A stretch of DNA of 59,936 bases from a virus. Its lineage: Duplodnaviria; Caudoviricetes. Position 1 is the stretch's first letter; each line of letters begins with the position of its first letter. Shown one piece after another: positions 1 to 9,660 of this stretch. The translations under genes were made by a program, and so were the position numbers. The stretch spans positions 1 through 59,936 of the IMG/VR virus record IMGVR_UViG_3300006735_005664, one strand, 5' to 3'. The notes beneath the pieces were generated by a model. It had not been told where the DNA came from, did no database searches, and saw nothing but the letters and a program-made list of their open reading frames with translations.

Positions 1-1
1 T

Positions 2-3000
2 AATGGAGATAATTATAGTAGGAAAGTTTTAGATATAAGCAGAAAAGATTTAGAGTATTTAAAATATAAAAAAAGATTTCTTAAGGATGCAAAATCAACT
101 CAAAATTTTAATCAGTTAGTTGATAATACTAATGGTAATTTTAGATTAGTTGAAACAACAAAACCAAACGGTAGAAAATCTTATAGTCTTCAGTATAGAA
201 GTACTCATGGATATAAAACTTTTTCTACAGGTAACGAGGATTCTGGACTTGCAAATTTAACACCAGAATATATTGATGATCTAAAAAGAAAAGGTTGGAA
301 AGGTATATCTCAATACAGCAGTTGGTATGATTTAACACCTGAAGAAAGAAAACAATATGGACGTGAAGAATGGATTAACACACCTTTTCAAACAGATTTA
401 CGTATAGATAAAGATGGTAATACATGGAGTGGATGGGACTCTTATGGAAACATTAGTAAATCAAAATCTCCTTTACACTACACACTTAGAGATCAGGATT
501 TATATATGCTTCCAGAAACTATAAAACAGAAATATGATCTTCTTGGGAATGACCGTTTGCAAATGGATCCAGGAAATGGTGAAATATATTTAGTTAACAA
601 TAGGGGAAGTCTAAGATCTGTGATTAGTCAAAAAGATATGAAATGGTTTCAAAATCCTGGTAGATTAAAAAAAGCGCATGATGATCCTAAATTTAATTTT
701 AAAGAAGATAATGTTCTTGATTATTTAAATAATTATGATTTTAAATATTGGACAGATACTCAACCCATAGAATCAGAAGCTCAGAATATTAAAATAGAAA
801 AACAACAACCTACACAATCTGTTGTTACTGATTCTGATAAAAATCTTAATGATGATGTATCAATAGAAACAAATATGCCTGAAGTAGTTCTTACTCCTCA
901 AATGGAAGAAGCAAGAAATAAAAAATCTGAACCAAAAGAATTTGCAAATGTTAGGGGATCTACTAAGTATGTAAATAAATCTGCGGATGCTATATTAGAC
1001 TCAATTAATAAAAATGATTATAGTGAACAAAATCTAAATAGAGATTTAGATATGTTTAAAAAATATTATGGAGAAGACAATCTTGCACTATTAAAAGATA
1101 GAATGTCAGAAATTCCAAAAGCACAAAGAGGTTCTGAAATAAGAAATATAGAAGAAAAAGATAAAAAAGAACCAGGATGGCTTGCAAAACGTTTAAGAGA
1201 ATCTGTAACTCCTATTGGTTATAATTTAACTCACGCCACTAAAGAAGTTATAGCAGGAAAAAAATTACCATTTGAATGGGATGGTAAATCTCAAACATGG
1301 GAAACATTTGGAGAAAATCTTGGAATGAGTCCTGAGATGTCTGAAAATATAAAAAATACTTCACAAGATTTATGGGATCAATATTTAGGTTTTAAACCTG
1401 AAAATGAAACAATAAAACAATCATCATTTATTCCTTCTAAAGGAAGTGGTACTGGAAAATATTATTCTTTTAACAATACAGAAAATATATGGAATGATGC
1501 TGTAAAAAACTATGGATCTAGTTTATTTGGGGCATATAAACCAGGAGATGAAAATAATGTTGTATGGGTAGAAGACTCTAGTGCTGGAGGGTTTGGTTTA
1601 AAAAATTATAAATTAGAAAAAGGATTTGATAAGGAACGTAATCTTCCTTATATATCTTATTATGATGAATTTGATTTTGATATTCCTGTTGCAGGATTTG
1701 CTAAAATAAAAGGTGAAAAAATAGCTGGAGATCCTTTTGAACTATATGGTAGACTTTATTATGATGAAAAACCTGATCTAGATGGAAATATAATTCCAAT
1801 AAATGAAGACGATATAAATGACTACCATACAGATCGTGAAGCTTTAAAGGCTGGTATAATTTATGTAGAAAGCAATGATGGAAAATATATGAGTAATGCT
1901 GAATCTACTTCCACAGGTTTATATGGTCAATTATTTTCAGAAGTAGAAGATAATGAAAAGTATGATGGTAATAGAGATGACTTTAAAGTGGATGTAAAAG
2001 CACAAGATAATATCTTTAATGAAAGATATAATGGTACTTTATTTAAAAATCAAAAAGGATTACAAGAATCAGCAGATGATTTATATACAGAATATAAAAA
2101 TCAAATACCAGAATTTCCGTATGATAAAACAGAAGTTGCGGCATTAATTAATTTTTTAGGTAGACAAGGCACTAGAGAATTTTTATCAAAAGTTGTTAGA
2201 GATGGTAAAGATATAGAAGAAGTATTTCCTAATTTATATTCAGAAGATGCAGATCAAAATAATAAAACACCTAATGAATATATAGAGCAATTTAGAGATG
2301 GTGTTAAAAAATATAAAAAATATGCTACATTTGAAGATTATGTTCTTAAGGTCTTACCTCAAAATATATCAGAACAATTATTAATTGATTATGATGAAGA
2401 AGAAATAGAAAATAAAGAGTTTTCAAAAGGAGGAGAAATGAAAGGTAAATTCTATAGGAAGTGGGATACCTTAATGCATCAACTGGATAAGTATGAAAAT
2501 GGTGGAAAAGTATCTGGCGTTGTTAAAGATGAATTAATGCTTTATGATTTAATAGACAAACCAAAAAGAAAATTTAGCACAGGTGGACCTGTAACTGATG
2601 GTTCTGATTGGAAAGGTGTTCCTCAATCTCAAATGACTGATATTCAATATGAACGAATGTTAGAAGATATGAAAAAAGGAAAAGGAAAAAAAGAAAAAGA
2701 AGAAGAACCAGTTATTATACCACCAGATGTAGATAAATATGAACCAGAAAATATAAAAGAAGAAGAGGAAAAAATAGTTATTAATAAGAAAGAAACTAAA
2801 CCTAAACCTAAAGTAAATAAAATAAATGTTAGTAATGATTATGATAATCTTTCATTTGGTCCAGCATTTGATAAGTTTAGATCTGAATTAGGTCCAAACC
2901 GTATATTTACTTGGAGAGGAAATAAATATCAAACTAATAAACATGGAGAACCTTGGAATCCTTCTGAAGCAGAACTTGAAATAAATAATTTAAATAACAA

Positions 3001-5386
3001 AACAACACACACTAATATTCAAACAGAAAAAAAATTAGTTAATTCTATACATACTAATAAGGTATCTCCTGATTTAGAGACTGCTACAAACACATGGAAA
3101 AATATAAAAAATGTAAAGAGTAATAATGATGATGTTAATAAATTACAAAATATTGATAAAATTCATTATTACCATAATCAAGATCTTCCGGAAAATGAAC
3201 TATATGAAACTATTGAGTATACAGTTAAAGATGGAGATGATTTAAATTATATTGCAAAAGATAACTTAATTAGTATGGGTAAACTCATGCAAGATAATAA
3301 TTTAAATAGTAATACTATTCAATCTGGTCAAACTTTAACTATAAGAAAACCTAAATTAAAACCTTATATAGTTATAGATAAAAAGGCTGGTAAAACTTAT
3401 GTTTATTATCCAGGAGATTCTCAACCTTATGATTCTTACAATACTTTACTTGGTAAAAATACTGGAGATGAGCAAACTGTTACTAAAGCTATAGATCAAA
3501 ATAATGATGGTGTAATTAATGATAAAGATAAAGTTAATGGTAAATTTATATTTGATCCTGGATCTGGTAATAGAAAAACAGGAGCTGGTATTTTTACTAT
3601 ATCAAAGGTAAATTCTGATTCTCAATTTTGGGATGAATCTGGACAAAACCGTCCTACACCTTCTTTTAATCTTACAAATGATAATCAACCAGATGGTCAA
3701 GAAATAGGAACTACTATACATGGTATAAAAACTGATAATGAAGCAGGACAAAAAAGAAAAGATGCTTTATATAGTTCAACTTCAGGTGATAATAGAACAA
3801 CCTATGGGTGTGCTAATTTAGGTTGTAGTGACTTAATTGATATGTCTAATATTGTAGAACCTGGAACTAAAGTTTATATTCTTCCTGATAATCCTAAAAA
3901 TTATTTTAATTATCAAGATGGTCAAATTGTATTTAAAGCAAATGAAGAAGCTCCAAAAAATAAAAAAGGTCAATTTATAAATCCAGAGACAGGAGAAGTA
4001 TCAAATGTAGGATGGTATCAAGATGAAAGAGGTACATGGCAAAAAGGTCAAGGAATCAATAGAACTAAAAATACAATTAATTATAATCCTATACGTATAT
4101 CTGTAGATAAAAATAAAATACAAGAAACTGGTATAGATTATAATTCTACTCCACATCAAGAAAATATTGAATTTAATAAAACTACTAAACCTTATTTAAA
4201 TTCTTTAGTAGAAAATAAATCAAAGATTTTAAAAGCTCTTTCATCTGAAGGAATTAATAGTGGTATTTCTAGTGATACGTATGACAGAATAGTACAATTA
4301 TCTTTTGGTATTTATGGAGTAGAAAGTGGAATGGGTAATGAAAATACTGAAGCAATGAATATTGCTTTAAGTCTTGGTAAAACTTTCAACTTAACCGAAA
4401 CTAATCCAGATGTTCAAAGAAAATATGATGGTTATGGTTTTTGGGGTATGGACAATATAGGAAAAATGAAACTTAATGCACAAGATATAGATGATAGTGT
4501 AGGATGGACACAAATTAGATGGGGTAAAATAAGACCAAAAGGAACAAGATATAAAGACAGCAATGGTGAGTGGCAAGTTGCAAAAAAAGATATGGGTACT
4601 CAAGCACTAACTCCTAAAGAAATGAAACTCTTAAATAAACTAGGTATTAAAGATCAACATGATTTAATGGATCCTAAAAAAGCAGCAATAGCTACTCAAG
4701 CTCTTTTAAGTATGAGATATAATACTAGATTATCACATTTAACAGAAGATGAAAAAAATAGTGATATGATATATGATGAACTTGCTGGAACTTGGAATAC
4801 AAATAAAAGTTATTCAAAAAGAGTTTCAAATTATTTTGAATTTATAGATGTATATACAGCTAATATGGATGATATTGAAGAATCAGATATAAAAGAAAAG
4901 GCTCCATCAAATATTCCATTTATTCAAGGAGCAGAAGGAGAACCTACTATTCAAACTGAACCTGACATTATTTATCTTGATATATTAGGAAATGAAGTTT
5001 CTGCTGATAGTGTAAAAGCAATATTTTCTAAAAATCTTACTGATGGAAAAATTAGAAAACATACACCTACCCCTGGTGTTAAAACTGAAGGAAATTATAA
5101 AAGTGAAGAAAAAGAAACACCTCTTCCACCCCCACAATTTGGTTTATCTAACATAGGTCCTAGAATTGCAACTTGGGTTTATGATTCAGTGGTGAAGAAA
5201 GTAGATGGAGGACAGATAGATTCAGATACACAAAAACAAATATATACAGATTATATAAATGGAAATTTTGACAATACAAATCAAGAAGTTAAAGTTAAAA
5301 AGTTAATTGATAAAATGAATAGAGTTTATTATAATACATCTAAAGCTGCAGGAGGACATGTTTATGATTATATTAGAAAATTATAA
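2..5386 (+). CDS. Large virion-associated peptidoglycan-modifying protein (two lysozyme/SLT-like domains, LysM, YkuD-like L,D-transpeptidase); 5'-truncated by the window edge
   Basis: The frame is open from base 2 to the Met at 506, so the true start lies upstream. SLT-like IIYVESNDG...STSTGLYGQL (~1841-2300); LysM EYTVKDGDDLNYIAKDN...IQSGQTLTI (~3215-3343); YkuD-like YIVIDKK...IGTTIHG...RTTYGCANL (~3365-3885); second lysozyme-like GIYGVESGMG...SVGWTQI...LMDPKKAAIAT (~4290-4840). Confidence 0.8.
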   Translation, partial: NGDNYSRKVLDISRKDLEYLKYKKRFLKDAKSTQNFNQLVDNTNGNFRLVETTKPNGRKSYSLQYRSTHGYKTFSTGNEDSGLANLTPEYIDDLKRKGWKGISQYSSWYDLTPEERKQYGREEWINTPFQTDLRIDKDGNTWSGWDSYGNISKSKSPLHYTLRDQDLYMLPETIKQKYDLLGNDRLQMDPGNGEIYLVNNRGSLRSVISQKDMKWFQNPGRLKKAHDDPKFNFKEDNVLDYLNNYDFKYWTDTQPIESEAQNIKIEKQQPTQSVVTDSDKNLNDDVSIETNMPEVVLTPQMEEARNKKSEPKEFANVRGSTKYVNKSADAILDSINKNDYSEQNLNRDLDMFKKYYGEDNLALLKDRMSEIPKAQRGSEIRNIEEKDKKEPGWLAKRLRESVTPIGYNLTHATKEVIAGKKLPFEWDGKSQTWETFGENLGMSPEMSENIKNTSQDLWDQYLGFKPENETIKQSSFIPSKGSGTGKYYSFNNTENIWNDAVKNYGSSLFGAYKPGDENNVVWVEDSSAGGFGLKNYKLEKGFDKERNLPYISYYDEFDFDIPVAGFAKIKGEKIAGDPFELYGRLYYDEKPDLDGNIIPINEDDINDYHTDREALKAGIIYVESNDGKYMSNAESTSTGLYGQLFSEVEDNEKYDGNRDDFKVDVKAQDNIFNERYNGTLFKNQKGLQESADDLYTEYKNQIPEFPYDKTEVAALINFLGRQGTREFLSKVVRDGKDIEEVFPNLYSEDADQNNKTPNEYIEQFRDGVKKYKKYATFEDYVLKVLPQNISEQLLIDYDEEEIENKEFSKGGEMKGKFYRKWDTLMHQLDKYENGGKVSGVVKDELMLYDLIDKPKRKFSTGGPVTDGSDWKGVPQSQMTDIQYERMLEDMKKGKGKKEKEEEPVIIPPDVDKYEPENIKEEEEKIVINKKETKPKPKVNKINVSNDYDNLSFGPAFDKFRSELGPNRIFTWRGNKYQTNKHGEPWNPSEAELEINNLNNKTTHTNIQTEKKLVNSIHTNKVSPDLETATNTWKNIKNVKSNNDDVNKLQNIDKIHYYHNQDLPENELYETIEYTVKDGDDLNYIAKDNLISMGKLMQDNNLNSNTIQSGQTLTIRKPKLKPYIVIDKKAGKTYVYYPGDSQPYDSYNTLLGKNTGDEQTVTKAIDQNNDGVINDKDKVNGKFIFDPGSGNRKTGAGIFTISKVNSDSQFWDESGQNRPTPSFNLTNDNQPDGQEIGTTIHGIKTDNEAGQKRKDALYSSTSGDNRTTYGCANLGCSDLIDMSNIVEPGTKVYILPDNPKNYFNYQDGQIVFKANEEAPKNKKGQFINPETGEVSNVGWYQDERGTWQKGQGINRTKNTINYNPIRISVDKNKIQETGIDYNSTPHQENIEFNKTTKPYLNSLVENKSKILKALSSEGINSGISSDTYDRIVQLSFGIYGVESGMGNENTEAMNIALSLGKTFNLTETNPDVQRKYDGYGFWGMDNIGKMKLNAQDIDDSVGWTQIRWGKIRPKGTRYKDSNGEWQVAKKDMGTQALTPKEMKLLNKLGIKDQHDLMDPKKAAIATQALLSMRYNTRLSHLTEDEKNSDMIYDELAGTWNTNKSYSKRVSNYFEFIDVYTANMDDIEESDIKEKAPSNIPFIQGAEGEPTIQTEPDIIYLDILGNEVSADSVKAIFSKNLTDGKIRKHTPTPGVKTEGNYKSEEKETPLPPPQFGLSNIGPRIATWVYDSVVKKVDGGQIDSDTQKQIYTDYINGNFDNTNQEVKVKKLIDKMNRVYYNTSKAAGGHVYDYIRKL

Positions 5387-5403
5387 ATTAGATTATCTCC
5401 TTA

Positions 5404-5423
5404 TTATTTAGTATATTATTATA
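5404..5423 (+). promoter_or_regulatory. Putative late-type promoter motif (T-rich)-G-TATATTAT
   Basis: TATATTAT at 5412-5419 in the intergenic gap; the motif recurs before other + strand units. Confidence 0.45.
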
Positions 5424-5440
5424 TATAGTGTATTTTTTAT

Positions 5441-8400
5441 ATGAGTAAAAAAAGTAAAAATATAAATTGTCCAACAGCATGTGAATCTCCTGATTTACAA
5501 GCTGCTAATGAGAATGCTGCTGTAGAAAATGCAAGCTATAGACAATCTGAAGGAAAAAATGGATGTGAAGGATGTGCTCTTTTTGATGTTTCTAACAGAA
5601 TGAAAAAATGTATTGATGATAATTCTGGTAATGTAGGATATTGTTGGTCAAATTATTTTAAATGCAAAGCAGGAATGACTTGTGATGCTTTTGAAGAAGG
5701 TGGTCCTTTAACTAGTGACAGTGCATCAGAAGAATTGCAAAATAGATTTAAAGAAGAAGCACTTAGTAATCAACCTATTCCAGTTACTGCTCAGGGAGCA
5801 GAATCTCAAACGACAGAACAAATGATGCAGAATCCACAAATACAACAGCAATCAATGCAAGGCCCACCTCCAGAAGGAATGATGCCTCCTCAAGCTATGA
5901 TACCTCAGCAAGGAATGCAACAACCTATGTTTCAAGAAGGTGGAGAAGAAGATAATCCTGTTACACCAGAACAAGAAGAGTTAATGTTGAACTACTGGGA
6001 ATCTCTTGATACTAATGAAGATGGTCAATATAATGAACAAGATAGTATATATTATAATCCTTACTATCATTCTGTTTATGATTTTCGTAGTGATGCTCCT
6101 AAAAACGAAGAAGGAGATTTTATAGATCAAAACATGTTTGATTATGATGAGGAAGGTAATCCTCAAATGTCACAAGAAATGTATGATAAATATGCTCATT
6201 ATATATTACCTAATTTAAATGAACAGGGTAACTATGCTAGTATTTTTGATGATTCTGATCAACTAATAATACCACAAAGAGATGCACAAGGTAATATATA
6301 TTTACCTGGATATGAAATGGCAGATGAAGTAATGACAGAAGACGTATATTCTGATGTTGAAAGAGAACTTCCACAAAAAATAATTGATCAAGTAGGAGAA
6401 GTAGCATTTGATGCTTGGTTAGTTGGACTAGGTAGTCAACAATTAGTTAATCCTACTTCAAAAGTAGTAAATAAGGTTAGCGAAAAAGTAATTAAAAATA
6501 AAGTAATAAAAGAAGGTACTAAACAAGGTGTTAAAAATCTTCTTAAACTAGGTACTAAAGGTGCAGGTGCAGTAGCATGGCCTCTTGAAATTGCGGATTT
6601 TGCATACCAAACTATTAAAGGAGAACCTGAAAACTATTGGTTGTGGAAAGATATTGCTAAACCAGCAGCAAATTGGGTATGGGACAAATGGGGAGATGCT
6701 CTTGATTGGGGTAATGAACAACTTAGAAAAGATAATCAATTCCGTGAAACTCAAGATAATTTAAATTCTAATAATCCAGAAAACAAAAAAGAGGGATTAA
6801 ATCAATTGTATCAAGGTTTTGGTGGTTACTCTATTCCTACAAGATATTGGCAACAAGGTGGTGAGCAATTACCATATGTAACTAGAGAATATGATAGTCT
6901 TGATGAATATCATACAGCTAAAAGTCAAAGAAAAGGAAATAGTCTTGGTGTATCACCATTAGCCGGTGTAGGAGATACAAATATAACAGATGTATTTGGC
7001 CCACTTCTTGATACAAATAAAAAAAGAAAAACACATACATTATATAATGAAAGTGATGAAACAATGTTTTATGATCCAACAAATCCTACTAGATTATATA
7101 ATGATGAAGAGTGGGAACAATATAATACTCAAAAAGGTTCAGATAACTTTGTTGCAGCATTAAATAAAAGGCATGAGCAAATGCCAGATAAATATCAAAA
7201 GGTTACAGGCTTTGATCCAGTAACAAAAGAAATAACATATGCAGGAGATAAATTAGAAGGTGACTTATTAAATGAAGGATGGCAAGATCAAGTTGAAAGT
7301 GGTAATTTTCCAGAATATCATGGTTGGACGCAAACAGAAGATTCTGTAATAAATGATGGAGTAATGACAGGGTTTGATAAAGGAACTAATATACTTGATG
7401 AAGATGAAACAGGACAATATACTTTTGGAGAAGGAGATGACAAAAGAACATTCAAAAAAACATCTTATCCTACAGAAGCTTATGGTGGAGATATAAGACA
7501 TTTCTTTCCTGAATTTGAATTAGGTTCTGAAACTCTTGACGCATATGGAATAACCAGAAGACCGCCTAATCCAAGTTCTCAAATGGATGTAAGAAAACCT
7601 ATCAGTCATTATCAAACAGGTGGTATTTATGATCATGAAATTAATCCATATACTACATATGATGAGAATGGTAATATAGTTGGTACTGATAATCCTTTTT
7701 TAACTGAAGAGTCAATGGAAACTAGAAATTATACTAAAGATGTATATGACCGTTCAGAAAATGAAGGAGGTACAGGATGGGGTTATGGTAATCCAGAAAG
7801 AGATCTTGACTATGTTCCACAATCAGCATGTCCTTGTGATGATGGAACAATGTCTATAGATTGTTGTAAAAAAGAACCAAAAGCTGAAGATCCATGTCCA
7901 CCATGTAATGGAATAGTTCCAGAAAGAGATGCTAATGGTGATTGTCCTCCTTGTGATCAAAATGATGATGGTCAACCGTGTCCTTGTCCAGATGGAACAG
8001 AATCTATTGATTGTTGTGATGAAACTGATCTTGGAAATAGAGATGATAGTGCACCAGGAGGAAGAGGTAATTTTGATGTTGGAGCAGCTGCTGTTGGTTT
8101 AATTGATACACTTAGACCAATAAATAGAATGTTTAGAGCTAAAAAAGAAAGGGATAGAGCAAATGATTTAAAGAGAAATCAATTAGCAGATAATCAATTT
8201 ACTGTTGCAGGTAATCAAGAATCAAAAGGAGATTATGATGTTAATACAGGACAACTAAAACAAAACAAAAGAGTTAGAAGTAGACAAGGTAAATACGGAG
8301 CCGAACTATCAAAATTTTTATTTGGTTCAGAGTATCAAGATGGAGGATCTTATAAAATACAAGATGAAATAGATGGTGGAGATATAGTAGATTTAGATGA

Positions 8401-8452
8401 AAAAACAATTAAACAACTAATAGCTGCAGGAGCAGATATAGAAATATTATAA
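5441..8452 (+). CDS. Acidic virion-region protein with N-terminal Cys-rich domain, Q/M/P-rich linker and C-terminal CPC/CPPC repeats
   Basis: 1003-aa ORF; CEGC...C...GYCW...C...C cluster; two CPCxDGTxSIDCC units; several x-Q-x-GG motifs. Function not assignable. Confidence 0.7.
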   Translation: MSKKSKNINCPTACESPDLQAANENAAVENASYRQSEGKNGCEGCALFDVSNRMKKCIDDNSGNVGYCWSNYFKCKAGMTCDAFEEGGPLTSDSASEELQNRFKEEALSNQPIPVTAQGAESQTTEQMMQNPQIQQQSMQGPPPEGMMPPQAMIPQQGMQQPMFQEGGEEDNPVTPEQEELMLNYWESLDTNEDGQYNEQDSIYYNPYYHSVYDFRSDAPKNEEGDFIDQNMFDYDEEGNPQMSQEMYDKYAHYILPNLNEQGNYASIFDDSDQLIIPQRDAQGNIYLPGYEMADEVMTEDVYSDVERELPQKIIDQVGEVAFDAWLVGLGSQQLVNPTSKVVNKVSEKVIKNKVIKEGTKQGVKNLLKLGTKGAGAVAWPLEIADFAYQTIKGEPENYWLWKDIAKPAANWVWDKWGDALDWGNEQLRKDNQFRETQDNLNSNNPENKKEGLNQLYQGFGGYSIPTRYWQQGGEQLPYVTREYDSLDEYHTAKSQRKGNSLGVSPLAGVGDTNITDVFGPLLDTNKKRKTHTLYNESDETMFYDPTNPTRLYNDEEWEQYNTQKGSDNFVAALNKRHEQMPDKYQKVTGFDPVTKEITYAGDKLEGDLLNEGWQDQVESGNFPEYHGWTQTEDSVINDGVMTGFDKGTNILDEDETGQYTFGEGDDKRTFKKTSYPTEAYGGDIRHFFPEFELGSETLDAYGITRRPPNPSSQMDVRKPISHYQTGGIYDHEINPYTTYDENGNIVGTDNPFLTEESMETRNYTKDVYDRSENEGGTGWGYGNPERDLDYVPQSACPCDDGTMSIDCCKKEPKAEDPCPPCNGIVPERDANGDCPPCDQNDDGQPCPCPDGTESIDCCDETDLGNRDDSAPGGRGNFDVGAAAVGLIDTLRPINRMFRAKKERDRANDLKRNQLADNQFTVAGNQESKGDYDVNTGQLKQNKRVRSRQGKYGAELSKFLFGSEYQDGGSYKIQDEIDGGDIVDLDEKTIKQLIAAGADIEIL

Positions 8453-8454
8453 TT

Positions 8455-9660
8455 ATGGGAAGAAAAGTAAGAATAAAAAGTTTACCTAAAGGTTACTCTA
8501 TTTCAGAAGGCAAAGTTATCATGCAAGAAGGAGGATCTAAAACAGGAGATCAAAGCAATTTTGGGCTAACTACTTTTCCTGAAGTTGCAAATCTTAATGG
8601 TGGTGATAATACTTCTTATTTTCCATCAGGAGGTTCTGTTAAAAAAACTTTACAACCTGTACCTAGAGATGAAGCAAATCTTGAAGCAGAAAAAGGAGAA
8701 ACTGCTTTAACTGATATGAATAATGATGGAGACTTTGAATTATATAATATAGGTGGTAAAAGACATCATTCAGGTGGAACTCCATTAAATTTACCTGATC
8801 AATCATTTATTTTTTCTGATACTTCAAAAATGAAACTTAATAAAGGTGAGTTAGCAGAAATAGGTATAGACTCTGAAAAGAAAATAACTCCTGCAAAAGT
8901 TTCAAAAAATTATGATCTTAATAAATTTATAGAAGTATTAGATGATCCTCATTCTGATAAAATTTCTGTTGATACTGCAGAATATATGTTAGATAAAAAT
9001 AAAAATAAACTTTCTCAATTAGCTTTTATACAGGAAGCAAAAAAAGGTTTTGAAGAAGGAGTACCTTTAGCAGCTCATCCCTATTTAAAGTCTCAAGGAA
9101 TTAATCCTGGAGAATATGCTGTAAAAATAAAACAAGTTAATATGGAAGAAGAACAAGCTAAACAAGGTTTAGAAACTCCTCCTACTAATAATGAAAGAAT
9201 GATGGTTCTTCAACAGTTTATACAGCAATCACAACCTAAACCTCAACGTATTCCAGAACTTGGAGAAGTTGTTGCACAAGAGTCAAATGAAATGACACAA
9301 CTACCTATGGCACAATTAGGAGGAGAAGGTATAAGAAATTTTGCTCAAAAAGAAATGGAAAAATTACAAGGATCTAATTTATCTAATCAAATGGGCTTTG
9401 TTAATCCTTTTAAACCAAAAGGTAAAGGTAGTGTATTTAATACTACAGATTTAGCAATAGGAGAAACTGAACAATTTCAAAAAGGAGGATCAAAAAAGAA
9501 AAGAACTGACTTACAAGAAAATTGGGGTAGTGATGAGTGGGTTGATTTTAAAGATAAGTTTTATGATTTATATGCACAAAGAACAAACAAAACACTAACA
9601 GATGAGGATAAAGAAAAATTAGATCAAATGTTCTATAAAGATATGGAAAAAAAAAATTAA
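8455..9660 (+). CDS. Putative virion (internal/ejection) protein, N-terminal part; probably one gene with 9660..10946
   Basis: 401-aa ORF containing NLEAEKGET...GGKRHHSGG. It ends just after an A10 run, with the next ORF in the -1 frame. Confidence 0.65.
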   Translation: MGRKVRIKSLPKGYSISEGKVIMQEGGSKTGDQSNFGLTTFPEVANLNGGDNTSYFPSGGSVKKTLQPVPRDEANLEAEKGETALTDMNNDGDFELYNIGGKRHHSGGTPLNLPDQSFIFSDTSKMKLNKGELAEIGIDSEKKITPAKVSKNYDLNKFIEVLDDPHSDKISVDTAEYMLDKNKNKLSQLAFIQEAKKGFEEGVPLAAHPYLKSQGINPGEYAVKIKQVNMEEEQAKQGLETPPTNNERMMVLQQFIQQSQPKPQRIPELGEVVAQESNEMTQLPMAQLGGEGIRNFAQKEMEKLQGSNLSNQMGFVNPFKPKGKGSVFNTTDLAIGETEQFQKGGSKKKRTDLQENWGSDEWVDFKDKFYDLYAQRTNKTLTDEDKEKLDQMFYKDMEKKN

